Translations under genes and position numbers: made by a program | Virus record (IMG/VR): IMGVR_UViG_3300038829_000263 | Span: 70,111-134,110 of that record | Strand: one strand, 5' to 3' | From: a virus | DNA length: 64,000 nt | Part shown: in pieces, positions 35,470 to 44,408 of the stretch | Layout: the number at the start of each line of letters is the position of its first letter | Numbering within the stretch: position 1 is the first letter of the stretch | Notes under the pieces: model-generated | What the model was told of the DNA's origin: nothing | The model's database searches: none | Seen by the model: only the letters and a program-made list of their open reading frames with translations

Positions 35470-36918
35470 GTGATCGCAACTCGTGAGATGGCGCGGCGGT
35501 CTCGGATGCTGACGGACCGCCTGGTCGACAAGCACAGGGCCCTGGTGAAGAAGTACGAGAGCTTCTCGCTCCCGGAACTCGACATCAAGGGACTCAACCC
35601 GATGGAGATCCTGGAGACGGGTCCCAACCGGGAGAAGGACCCGCTCAAGGCGTACAAGTGCGCCCGCCTGATGGAGAACTTCGTCCAGGCGGCGATGCGC
35701 CAGGGCACGATCGACGAGACCTCGCGCGCCTCGCTGCCCGCCTGGATCAAGTCGGGCCTCGCGCTGATCGCGGCCGCCCAGGCCGACGACCAGACCGACA
35801 TGGTCATCTCCGACCAGCCGCTCTCCTCGCGCAACGGCCGCATCCACTACCTGGACGTGGTCAGCGAGCGCGCCAAGGGCCAGATCGGTGACCGGACGAA
35901 GCTGTTCGACGCCCTGGCCGGGTTCCGCGGGACGCAGGACTTCACGTCCGAGAACATCGAGAACGAGCGCCTGTCCGGCCCCGGCGGCGCGACGTTCAAC
36001 GTGTCCCTGGGCTACTCGCCCGTCATCCCGGGCACGCTGCTGCTGACCGACGGCACGCAGCAGGTCCGCGACGACCGCAACGGCAACCTGGTCGGCGACG
36101 TGGGCGCGCCCGGCGGCGGGTTCACGAACACGATCGACTACCTGACGGGCGCCGTATCGGTGCGCCTGGCGGTGGCGGCCGCGGGCGATGTCCGCGTCAG
36201 CTACCAGTACAACATCGAGGCGTCGCTCGTCCTGCCCGAGTACGGCATCCTGCTCCGCGCCGAGGCAGTCCAGGCCCGGCCGCGCGCGCTCGGCGCGTCG
36301 TGGTCGCACCAGGCCGTCATGGACTTCATGAACGACTACGGCATCGACGCCGAGCCGACCATCATCGAGGCCGGCGCGCGCCTGATCGCCCAGGAGAAGT
36401 TCAAGCACGTCGTCAACACCCTGCGCCAGAACGCGACGGGCGGCTCGATCCTGTTCGACAACACGGCCCCGACGGGCGTGTCGTACCGGGACCACCTCAA
36501 GACGTTCTCGCTCTACCTGAGCCGCCTCCAGGACCTCATCTGGGAGGCGACCCAGCTCGTCCGCCCGAACCGGATGGTGATCCACCCCTCGATCCTCTTC
36601 ATCGTCGCGTTCCAGGACGGGTTCGAGGGCGTCAAGTTCGCCAACGACGGCATCGCCGGCCCGCGCTACGTCGGCCGCCTCGCGCGGCACGACATCGACG
36701 TGATCGCCGACCCGACGTTCCCGCGCGACGAGTTCGTGCTCACCCACCGCGGCCAGGAGTTCGTCTCCACGGCGGCGGTCATGGGGACCTACGTGCCGCT
36801 CTACAAGAGCCCGGTGCACGTGCGCGGGTTCCGCAAGGACTTCGCGCTGCTGACCGAGTACGTGCTCAAGATCATCAACTCGAACCAGATCGGCACGGGC
36901 AAGGTCATCAACCTTTGA
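35470..36918 (+). CDS. Major capsid protein (T4 gp23-like HK97 fold)
   Basis: QPLSSRNGRIHYL, VQARPRALGASWS.QA..D...YGIDAE and YVPLY motifs; follows the protease/scaffold gene. Confidence 0.92.
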   Translation: MIATREMARRSRMLTDRLVDKHRALVKKYESFSLPELDIKGLNPMEILETGPNREKDPLKAYKCARLMENFVQAAMRQGTIDETSRASLPAWIKSGLALIAAAQADDQTDMVISDQPLSSRNGRIHYLDVVSERAKGQIGDRTKLFDALAGFRGTQDFTSENIENERLSGPGGATFNVSLGYSPVIPGTLLLTDGTQQVRDDRNGNLVGDVGAPGGGFTNTIDYLTGAVSVRLAVAAAGDVRVSYQYNIEASLVLPEYGILLRAEAVQARPRALGASWSHQAVMDFMNDYGIDAEPTIIEAGARLIAQEKFKHVVNTLRQNATGGSILFDNTAPTGVSYRDHLKTFSLYLSRLQDLIWEATQLVRPNRMVIHPSILFIVAFQDGFEGVKFANDGIAGPRYVGRLARHDIDVIADPTFPRDEFVLTHRGQEFVSTAAVMGTYVPLYKSPVHVRGFRKDFALLTEYVLKIINSNQIGTGKVINL

Positions 36919-36928
36919 TAGCCTATTC

Positions 36929-36968
36929 TTGACCTTCTCTGCGGCTATCGCTATCATGCGGTAGCCGT
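36929..36968 (+). promoter_or_regulatory. Sigma70-like promoter (TTGACC-N17-TATCAT) with the -10 box inside an inverted repeat
   Basis: TTGACC 36929-34 and TATCAT 36952-57; repeat arms 36941-51 and 36958-68. Confidence 0.65.
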
Positions 36969-36984
36969 AAGGCAGGAGGTCAAG

Positions 36985-37944
36985 ATGGCCAATCGAAGGG
37001 CGCTCACGGACGAGCAGGAAGCCCAGCTCGCCCGGGACTACGAGAACGGTGACGGTCAGACGATCCTTGCCCGGCGCTACGGCGTCGGGCAAGTGACCGT
37101 ACGGGCGGCTCTCGCCCGCCAGGGCGTGAAGCAGCGGTCCCTGGGCGAGGCCAACGCGCCCAAGGCGGACCCGGCCGAGATAGTCCGGCTCTACCGCGAC
37201 GAGGGCCTCAAGACGGAAGAGGTCGCGGCGCGGTTGGGCGTTTCCGAGGCCACGGTGTTGAAGTTCACGCAGCGCGCGGGAGCCTCCCGGCCGAAGCGTG
37301 TGCGCTACAGGTTCGATCGCGCGTTCTTCGATGAGGTCGACGACACCCGGGCGTACTGGGCTGGGTTCATCGCGGCTGATGGTTGCATCACCGGGAACTC
37401 GGTCAACATCGGGCTGGCGAAGAAGGACCGTGGGCACCTAGAGCTGCTGCAGAAGGCGGCGCAACTCGAGCAGCCCATCCGGGAGCACAAGACTACGCAG
37501 GGGCACGACGCGGTTTATCTGGGGGTCACGTGCCCGGAGTGGGTCGCGGCCCTGCGCGATACCTACGCGCTCCGGGGAGTTCCCGGCGGGAAAGCAGTCA
37601 ACTTAGTGGGGCCTCCGCGCCTGGCGGCCGCGATGCGTCTCCCATTCCTGCGTGGCTTCTTCGACGGAGATGGCTCGGCCGATCCCAGCGGGGCCGTAAT
37701 CTTCACGACTGCGTCGAGCGCGTTCTCGTTGTGGATCCAGTCCGTGTTCGGGCCGCCGTCCCGTATCTACGATCAATCGTGGACAGACTCGCGGGGGGCC
37801 GTTCATCCTGCATTCCAGTTGCGCTACGGCATCCGCGATGCCACGGCCCCTCTCGTGGCGCGCCTGCTCTACGCTGGTTCGACGCCCGAGACCCGGCTCG
37901 CCAGGAAGCACGCGCGGCTGCTACGCTGGCTCTCGCCGGCGTGA
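36985..37944 (+). CDS. Free-standing double-motif LAGLIDADG homing endonuclease with two N-terminal HTH-like repeats
   Basis: YWAGFIAADG and FLRGFFDGDGS motifs; weaker GC3 bias than neighbouring genes. Confidence 0.88.
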   Translation: MANRRALTDEQEAQLARDYENGDGQTILARRYGVGQVTVRAALARQGVKQRSLGEANAPKADPAEIVRLYRDEGLKTEEVAARLGVSEATVLKFTQRAGASRPKRVRYRFDRAFFDEVDDTRAYWAGFIAADGCITGNSVNIGLAKKDRGHLELLQKAAQLEQPIREHKTTQGHDAVYLGVTCPEWVAALRDTYALRGVPGGKAVNLVGPPRLAAAMRLPFLRGFFDGDGSADPSGAVIFTTASSAFSLWIQSVFGPPSRIYDQSWTDSRGAVHPAFQLRYGIRDATAPLVARLLYAGSTPETRLARKHARLLRWLSPA

Positions 37945-38026
37945 GCCGGACAACTTCTTCGACCCGGCCTAGCAGGCTACTGCGGGCCACTTCTTCGACT
38001 TCTGACCATCGAGACATCTCCTCGCT

Positions 38027-38054
38027 CGAGCCCGGGTCGACCGTCCCGGGCTCG
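38027..38054 (+). terminator. Putative terminator hairpin
   Basis: CGAGCCCGGG-N8-CCCGGGCTCG, a perfect 10-bp stem after the capsid and endonuclease genes. Confidence 0.55.
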
Positions 38055-38163
38055 GGCCTTGTACGGGGATGTGACGCCCTGGCTCGTCTGGTATCCTGGG
38101 GACCGAACCTCCCGGTGCCCCTGGGTACCGGTACAAGCGGGACACCCGCGAAGGACGACGACG

Positions 38164-38655
38164 GTGAGCGAGAAGGGCAGCAAGACGGCGGAGAAGGTGG
38201 AGAAGCTCGACACGTACGGGAGGCCGCCGCTGCCGCCCGACACGCCGGAGAACAAGCTGGAGCGCCTCTACTGGTGGCTCCCGACCGACAAGGACTGCCC
38301 GACCGACCTCGTCATCAACGCCGGCAACCGGCCGGTGATCGTGGGCGCGCAGGCCCAGGTCCCGAGCGACTCCCCGCGGATGGACATGGGCGACCGGCGC
38401 CAGGGCGCGTTCTACGTCCAGCAGCTCGTGGCCCAGGGCACGGGATACGGCGTGATCCGGCTCGCGGAGCTCTCGCTCGAGCGCGCCCGCCAGCTCGAGC
38501 GCGACCGCAAGATCCGCGTCGGGATCCTCCCGCCCCCGTGGGTCGAGCGCGTCCGGGAGAAGGCGGCCAAGGGCGAGGCCCCCTCGGGCGTGGCCGAGCC
38601 GAGCGAAGTGCTCGCGTCCAGGCTCACCCGGGCCGCCTCGGGGCTGGACATCTAG
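38164..38655 (+). CDS. Hypothetical protein
   Basis: GC3 bias starts at GTG 38164; TGGTATCCT lies upstream. Confidence 0.65.
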   Translation: MSEKGSKTAEKVEKLDTYGRPPLPPDTPENKLERLYWWLPTDKDCPTDLVINAGNRPVIVGAQAQVPSDSPRMDMGDRRQGAFYVQQLVAQGTGYGVIRLAELSLERARQLERDRKIRVGILPPPWVERVREKAAKGEAPSGVAEPSEVLASRLTRAASGLDI

Positions 38656-38658
38656 CCC

Positions 38659-39111
38659 GTGTCGCAGGCACGCCGCAACATGATCGTGAGCCACGGGGGC
38701 GCGACCGGCCGGGGTGGGTTCATCCCGGCCGGCGGCGACGTGCGGCCCGACCTGGCACCGCACGTTCCAGGGGACATGGTCGTGAAGGACCCTCCGCCCA
38801 AGCCGGCACAGGCCGCCCCGCCCCCAGCCCCTCCGGCGCCCCAGGCTGCGCCCCCGCCGGCCGAGGCCCCGGAGGTCAAGACCGAGGCCAAGAGCGAGCC
38901 CAAGGCCGCCGGCGGACCGCCCAAGGGCCCCCCGGTGCGCTCCACGCGCAAGGGCCCGGCGAGCCCCCTGACCCTGCCCACGTCGGCGGCCGAGGCGCGG
39001 GCCCTCAAGCCCGAGGCGGCGGCCACCATGGCCCAGACCCTGGGCGTGGACACGTCCGGCGTCCACGAGGACATCGTGGAGCGCCTGGTCGGGGAGCTGG
39101 GCCTGGAGTAG
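38659..39111 (+). CDS. Pro/Ala-rich protein with a short C-terminal helical domain
   Basis: Small low-complexity protein downstream of the capsid gene; the start may be ATG 38680. Confidence 0.6.
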   Translation: MSQARRNMIVSHGGATGRGGFIPAGGDVRPDLAPHVPGDMVVKDPPPKPAQAAPPPAPPAPQAAPPPAEAPEVKTEAKSEPKAAGGPPKGPPVRSTRKGPASPLTLPTSAAEARALKPEAAATMAQTLGVDTSGVHEDIVERLVGELGLE

Positions 39112-39136
39112 TTCCCGGCCCCAGGAAAGGTGCGCC

Positions 39137-39874
39137 ATGGCGACTCGCGCGGAATGGCGCCAGCGGATCCTGGACGACCTCGGTGGGGAAGGGGTGGACC
39201 CTGACCTCACCGAGGGCCAGCTCGACGCGGCGCTCGCGCGCGCCCTGGAGTGCCTGAACAAGTACAAGCCGTTCGGGATGTGGTTTCCGTTCGAGGTCCC
39301 GGCGGCTGAGACCATCCGCATCACGTTCTTCGCGGAGGACCCCCAGGTCGATCCCCTGGGGCACCCCTACACCTACGTGGAGAACGTCCTGGACGTGCAG
39401 TTCTCCGACCGCAACCGGCGGATCATCGGGCCGCGCGCGGGCTTCCTGGAGGGCTACTACCTGCGCTGGGGCTACCAGGGCCCCAGGACGTTCTTCCAGC
39501 TACACGTCGGCGAGCGCCTCTACGAGCGCATGACGGGCTCGCGGCCGGACTGGCGCTGGGACCCTGCCACGCGCAACCTCTACCTGTCGTGCCCCTCCAG
39601 GGACACGCGCGTCGTCGTCTACGCCACGCGCAAGCGATACGTGGAGGAGATCCGCTACGACTACGAGACCGACTTCCGGCGCCTGGCCGTGGCCTCCGCG
39701 AAGCGCACCCTCGCCCGCGTCCTGGGCTCCCGTGGGGCCATGAAGCACCCGACGGGCGACATCCAGATGGACGACAAGGAGCTGCGCGCCGAGGCGAAGG
39801 ACGAGTGGGCCGAGATCGAGACCGTGCTCCGGCGCTCGCTGGCGTCCATCCCTCCGCCGGGCTACGTCGGGTAG
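39137..39874 (+). CDS. Neck/head-completion protein (T4 gp13-like)
   Basis: ILDDLG...DLTEGQLD.AL..AL N-terminus; A.AKR.L..V.G...L..EA..E C-terminus. Confidence 0.72.
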   Translation: MATRAEWRQRILDDLGGEGVDPDLTEGQLDAALARALECLNKYKPFGMWFPFEVPAAETIRITFFAEDPQVDPLGHPYTYVENVLDVQFSDRNRRIIGPRAGFLEGYYLRWGYQGPRTFFQLHVGERLYERMTGSRPDWRWDPATRNLYLSCPSRDTRVVVYATRKRYVEEIRYDYETDFRRLAVASAKRTLARVLGSRGAMKHPTGDIQMDDKELRAEAKDEWAEIETVLRRSLASIPPPGYVG

Positions 39875-39883
39875 AGGAGGCGC

Positions 39884-40645
39884 ATGGCCGGCCAAGTCAT
39901 CAACGACTCGCAGGAGAACCCGAACCCGGAGGTCTCTCGCAATAACGTGCTGGCGGCCCTCGCAGCCGAGCGTGCGCGGCTGGGGCCGTTCGGGACCCGT
40001 TCGTTCGCCTCGCTTGCTCGATCCCCTCTCCCGGCTGGCGACCCAGCGTCCAAGAGCGGCACGAAGGTGGACTTTGACACGGAGACGAGCGGCGTCCCAT
40101 CCAACCTGGCCGCGGTGGATGAGGAGTTCTCGCTGCTCCCGGAGTTCACGCACTTCGGCAACGGGACGCGCGTCGGGCAGACCGTATATGAAGGCGCCGC
40201 GTTCAAGGCCGTGCGCAGAGGCCAGTTCAACCGGGTGGTCGTGCGCTTCACGCTCGTCACGCCCCCGGGCGCGCTACGGCTCTTGCTGTTCCAGCGGCCG
40301 GGTGGGATCGGCGGCGGCCCGACGAACCTGATCGCGACCTGCGATGTCGCGCCCGGCGCCCTGGGCAACTTCGAGATCACGCCTGCGCAGGGCCTCGTCA
40401 GCCTCGATCAGGGCGTCGTCTACGCCCTGTGGGGCCGCTCCAGCGCCTTGGGCACGTTCACGTTCAGGACCCTGTTCCCGAATGCCTGCGACCTCATCAC
40501 GTTCAACGTGCAGGCAGGGACGCACCCCACGCCGTTCGCGACGGTCATCCCGGTCAGTACGGTCCCCACGACGTTCAACCCGCTCACACAGGCCCTGACG
40601 ACGTTCAACTCGACGGCGCCCGCGATGCGCTTCAAGAGGGTGTAG
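39884..40645 (+). CDS. Hypothetical virion protein
   Basis: GAGGAGG RBS; beta-rich C-terminal domain. Confidence 0.6.
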   Translation: MAGQVINDSQENPNPEVSRNNVLAALAAERARLGPFGTRSFASLARSPLPAGDPASKSGTKVDFDTETSGVPSNLAAVDEEFSLLPEFTHFGNGTRVGQTVYEGAAFKAVRRGQFNRVVVRFTLVTPPGALRLLLFQRPGGIGGGPTNLIATCDVAPGALGNFEITPAQGLVSLDQGVVYALWGRSSALGTFTFRTLFPNACDLITFNVQAGTHPTPFATVIPVSTVPTTFNPLTQALTTFNSTAPAMRFKRV

Positions 40646-40647
40646 CG

Positions 40648-41205
40648 GTGCCGACCTACCACTACAGCCGCCAGAACGAGGACATCGACCGACGCATCCG
40701 CGACGTAGACCTCGTTCCGCTAGCGGTGAACTGCGCCGTGGAGCTGTTCATCGACTTCGACCATGATCTCACGTCGGACGAACGGGCGGCCCTCGACCAG
40801 GCCATGCTCGATGCCGGGTACGCGTTCGCGGGCGTGGACAACTCGGGCGAGTCCGGCCTGGAGCAGACGAAAAGGGCGAAGTACCTGGCGATCGACACGA
40901 GGACAGAGGAGCTGATCGACCAGGGGTTCAGCTTCGCCGGGAAGGTGTTCTCGCTCTCGTCTAATGCCCAGAAGTACTGGATCGGCATGATGGTGGGGAA
41001 AGACCTCCTCACGTACCCGCTCGTCGTGAACACGCTGGACGACTCCTCCACGCTCTCCGTGACGGACGCCGTAATGGTCCTGCAGATGTACGGGACTGCG
41101 ATGGGTACCGTGAAGGCACACCTCGCGTCGGGCACCGCGCTCAAGGACCTCGTGCGGGCCGCGACGACCATCCCCGAAGTGCAGGCCATCGTGGACAGCC
41201 GCTAG
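40648..41205 (+). CDS. DUF4376-like (fibre-associated) protein
   Basis: KRAK...ID......GFSFAGKVF...LKD.V.AATTI.EV.AI pattern. Confidence 0.6.
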   Translation: MPTYHYSRQNEDIDRRIRDVDLVPLAVNCAVELFIDFDHDLTSDERAALDQAMLDAGYAFAGVDNSGESGLEQTKRAKYLAIDTRTEELIDQGFSFAGKVFSLSSNAQKYWIGMMVGKDLLTYPLVVNTLDDSSTLSVTDAVMVLQMYGTAMGTVKAHLASGTALKDLVRAATTIPEVQAIVDSR

Positions 41206-41264
41206 CCGGCGGTCGTCAGGGTCATCCGCTACGCTAGGTCGTCGCCCGCTCCTGGAGACCGTCC

Positions 41265-41687
41265 ATGGACATCTACCTGCTCCTCGCGCAGGATCCCGTC
41301 GAAGCTGCTGACAAGGCCGTCGGCATCCTGGAGCGGATCCAGCAGGGCGGCGCCCTTCTCGTCACTCTCGTCATGCTCCTCGTGACGGGCGGCCTGGCCT
41401 ACTGGCAGCTCCGGCGGAACGCGGCTCTGCAGGAGCAGAACGCGAAGCTCGAGCGCGAGTGGCGCGAGGCCGACGGCAAGGTCGCGACCGAGCGCCGAAG
41501 CGAGAACATGTCACTCCTGCGGGAGCAGCTCGCCCGGGACAAGGAAGCGCAGGAGGTCCAGGCGGCGGCGGCCGAGGCCGTGGAAGGGCTCGCCAACGCC
41601 GTCCGGGACCTGACGGCCAGGATCGAGCGGCTGGACACCCGCGTCGAGACCGTGGCGCGTGACGTGCATCCGCGGGGAAGGGGTTAG
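41265..41687 (+). CDS. Single-TM coiled-coil protein (holin/antiholin-like candidate)
   Basis: One hydrophobic helix followed by a coiled coil; GGAG RBS. Confidence 0.55.
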   Translation: MDIYLLLAQDPVEAADKAVGILERIQQGGALLVTLVMLLVTGGLAYWQLRRNAALQEQNAKLEREWREADGKVATERRSENMSLLREQLARDKEAQEVQAAAAEAVEGLANAVRDLTARIERLDTRVETVARDVHPRGRG

Positions 41688-41733
41688 ACCGGCCCAGGCC
41701 GAAGGGCTAGTATGCCGGTCGAGGGAGTAGGTC

Positions 41734-42186
41734 ATGGCAGCATCGCCCGCGCCGGATCGTTCCGCTCACGAGTCACCTCGTCCCGATCCTGAGATGGAGC
41801 ACCTCCAGGCGCAGGTCGCGGCGAGCGGCCGGGCCAGGCGGGACGCCGGGGCGCACATCAAGAGCGTAGCGGCGGCCGCGTTGGCGGTGACGCCGGCCCA
41901 GGGCGTGCCCACGAGGCCTGTGTCGGGCGCGTTCCGTACCGGTACCCCCACCCCAGCGGCTGACCTGGAGGACTCGGGAGAGATCAAGAACGAGGCGGCC
42001 GCCGCTCTGGAAGGCAGGCGCGCCGCGGGCGCGCGGCTCAAGCGGACGTCCCAGGCGTGCACCTACGAGTCGAGGACGACGATGTGCATGGACCCGGTCG
42101 AGGCCGCCCGCATCCGCGAGGAGGCACGAAAGGCGGCCCAGGACAGCGACGAGACCGAGGCGTCGCCCACGCCCCTGCCCGCCTGA
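41734..42186 (+). CDS. Hypothetical low-complexity protein
   Basis: ORF with a GGGAG RBS. Confidence 0.55.
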   Translation: MAASPAPDRSAHESPRPDPEMEHLQAQVAASGRARRDAGAHIKSVAAAALAVTPAQGVPTRPVSGAFRTGTPTPAADLEDSGEIKNEAAAALEGRRAAGARLKRTSQACTYESRTTMCMDPVEAARIREEARKAAQDSDETEASPTPLPA

Positions 42187-42405
42187 CCGCCCTGGGCCGC
42201 CCTGGGCGGTGTACCGACATCGCGGCCTCGGGCCTATCATCAATAGTACCTATTGACATCGGCCGGAAGCCCCCAACTTCTCCACAGGGCCTGGCCGCGC
42301 TCGACACCCCGGCCGGCCGGTGCTACGCTCGCGCTGTTCCCACCAGGTAGGCGATACGGCGGGCCTATAGCCCCGCCGGCGTCGAGCGGCGGGGGTGAGG
42401 CGCGC

Positions 42406-43032
42406 GTGGTCGATCCGGCAGCCGTCGCTGACCGCGGCGGAGTATGGCCCGTCCCCTTCGAGCGCGCCGAGCGCATCCTGCTCCAGACGCAGGCGAAGAA
42501 GGACCGGCGCGACGTGCCGGCCGTCTGGTACTGGCGGCGCCTCCACCCGGACGACTCCCCGGGATCCGGCGCAGCCGCGGACGAAGTGCTTGACGAGGAG
42601 CCCGACATCACGGCCGTCTACGCCCCGCCGGTGGCCGCCCACCTGTTCATCGACTGGACGAAGGAGCGGAAGGGGCAGAAGAAGGGCCGCATCGAGCGCG
42701 CGGGCACGGTCCCCATCGGCCTGACGCGCGCGGAGGCCCGGCGCCTGGGGCGCCTGTTCGGGACACGCGACGACGCCGAGGGCCTCTCGCGGCAGCCCCC
42801 GACGGACCTCCTGTTCGTGCCCAGGGCGGACGACGTGTTCCTGTCGCGTGGCCGCTACTACGAGATCGTCCAGCTCACCCCCGAGTGGTGGGGGGCTACG
42901 AGCCTGGTCGCGATGTGGATGGGCACGGGCGCGATGACCCCAGACGACATGACGCGGCCGGGCTACCGCCAGCTTCCCCCGCCCCCGACACCGCAGCCGC
43001 CGCTGCCGGAGGTCGTTCCGTGGCCAGGGTAA
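42406..43032 (+). CDS. Head-tail joining/neck protein (gp14-like candidate)
   Basis: PRADDVF...GRYYEI motif typical of head-closure beta-barrels; position before the tail completion genes. Confidence 0.55.
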   Translation: MVDPAAVADRGGVWPVPFERAERILLQTQAKKDRRDVPAVWYWRRLHPDDSPGSGAAADEVLDEEPDITAVYAPPVAAHLFIDWTKERKGQKKGRIERAGTVPIGLTRAEARRLGRLFGTRDDAEGLSRQPPTDLLFVPRADDVFLSRGRYYEIVQLTPEWWGATSLVAMWMGTGAMTPDDMTRPGYRQLPPPPTPQPPLPEVVPWPG

Positions 43033-43643
43033 GGCTCGTTTCCACGGTCCGCGGACAGGGCCGTCTGATCGTCAAGCCGGGCACGGTCGCCGTCGCCCCT
43101 CTCGTCGTGGCCGAGATGCGCGAGGCCAGCCGGACGCAGCTCCGGGTCATGGCCGAGGAGCTCCGGCAGCTCATCGTGGACCGCGCCTTCGCTGGCGCGC
43201 CCCAGCCCCCCGGGTCGCGGGTCGTCTCCGCGCCGTCGCCCACACTGCGCATCGACATCCCAACGGCCGCGCGCACGCCCCTGAACCTGCGGCCGCTGAC
43301 GCGCCGGCACGCCCGGCGCAAGGCCGCCGCGGGCCACGACGGCCGCATCCTGATCGAGGCCGGGGACTACCTCTCCAGCATCGCGGTCATCCCGGGGCGC
43401 GGGACGAAGTCCGTCACCTACACCGTGCGGCCGGCCTCGCGCGATCACGAGGGCTCCGGCGACTCGGGCCCGATCAAGCTCTCGCTCCTGGCGCGCGTCC
43501 TCGAATTCGGTTCGCGGCGCTGGAAGATCCCGGCCCGGCCGCACTGGCGTCCGGCGGCCCGTGACATCCAGGCCCGGTTCAAGCGCCTGCCGCGGGACGT
43601 GGCGGCGGCGGGCCTGCGCGCCGCGCTGCGGAGGGTCACGTAG
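43020..43643 (+). CDS. Tail completion/virion morphogenesis protein (HK97 gp10 / Mu gpG-like)
   Basis: Basic protein with LI..G.Y..SI and LARVLEFGS...IPARPHWRPA motifs. Confidence 0.7.
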   Translation: MARVRLVSTVRGQGRLIVKPGTVAVAPLVVAEMREASRTQLRVMAEELRQLIVDRAFAGAPQPPGSRVVSAPSPTLRIDIPTAARTPLNLRPLTRRHARRKAAAGHDGRILIEAGDYLSSIAVIPGRGTKSVTYTVRPASRDHEGSGDSGPIKLSLLARVLEFGSRRWKIPARPHWRPAARDIQARFKRLPRDVAAAGLRAALRRVT

Positions 43644-44405
43644 GTGTACGCACTGTTTTATGAGGCCGTGCGGGACTTCTTCGCCCAGGCGCAGCACGCC
43701 GGGCAGGCGGTCCCGTGCGTGTTCGCGACGCCTGACCGTGCGCACGCGGAGATGACCCGCGTCTCGAAGCGCCGGCTGCAGGGGGCGAAGGCCCTGGCCG
43801 AGGAGGACGACTACGACGCCCCGGTGGCCACGGCCCAGGCGATCGAGGACCGCCCGGCGCCGTCCCCGTTCATGTCGGTGCACCTGTCGGTGCCCGAGTA
43901 CGATCCCACGCGGTTCAACCCCGGCCGCTTCGTCGTGACGAAGGACTTCCAGGCCGGGACGGCAACCGTGATGCGCTTCCCGAGGCCGGTCGTGGCGGAC
44001 GTCCAGGTCGACCTGTGGGTCGCCGGAAGGGGGGCCAACAAGATCGCAATGGCCCTCGCGCCGCAGATCGACCTCCGCTTCTACGCGGAGTCCGTCTGGC
44101 TCCCCGTTGACTGGACCCTCGACAAGTGGTATCGCCCACCCTTCGACTTCCTCGAGCACGGCCGGGTGCTAGGGCGGACGCGTGTCCGGCTCATGGCTGC
44201 GAGGGGGTGGGTGGACAACTCGGACCTGGAGCCAGGAGACAACCCGAAGGCCGTGCGCTGGACTTGGTCCGGTAAGCTGGAGGGCTACATCCCCTACAGG
44301 CCCGTGGAGGCCCGGCTCGTGCGGAGCGTCCGCTACGAGCTATACGACAGCACGAGCACCCCGCCGCAGCTCCTCCTGGAGGACGTTGGCGGATCGGAGG
44401 ACTGA
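43644..44405 (+). CDS. Tail terminator/sheath stabiliser (gp15-like candidate)
   Basis: Immediately before the sheath; FATPDRA, P.P.MS and P.PV...QVDLW motifs. Confidence 0.6.
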   Translation: MYALFYEAVRDFFAQAQHAGQAVPCVFATPDRAHAEMTRVSKRRLQGAKALAEEDDYDAPVATAQAIEDRPAPSPFMSVHLSVPEYDPTRFNPGRFVVTKDFQAGTATVMRFPRPVVADVQVDLWVAGRGANKIAMALAPQIDLRFYAESVWLPVDWTLDKWYRPPFDFLEHGRVLGRTRVRLMAARGWVDNSDLEPGDNPKAVRWTWSGKLEGYIPYRPVEARLVRSVRYELYDSTSTPPQLLLEDVGGSED

Positions 44406-44408
44406 GAC

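Noticed and set aside
31729-37437. 1902-aa minus-strand ORF, and similar long antisense ORFs at 21390-25841, 25688-29125, 44340-48128, 48835-52161 and 56164-60168
   Set aside because: These are shadow frames of GC3-biased + strand genes. They have no recognisable motifs and are fully overlapped by well-supported genes.
35470-37944. Group I intron or intein in the capsid gene hosting the LAGLIDADG ORF
   Set aside because: The capsid ORF appears complete, and the nuclease lies downstream with its own promoter and RBS. No intron core was recognised.
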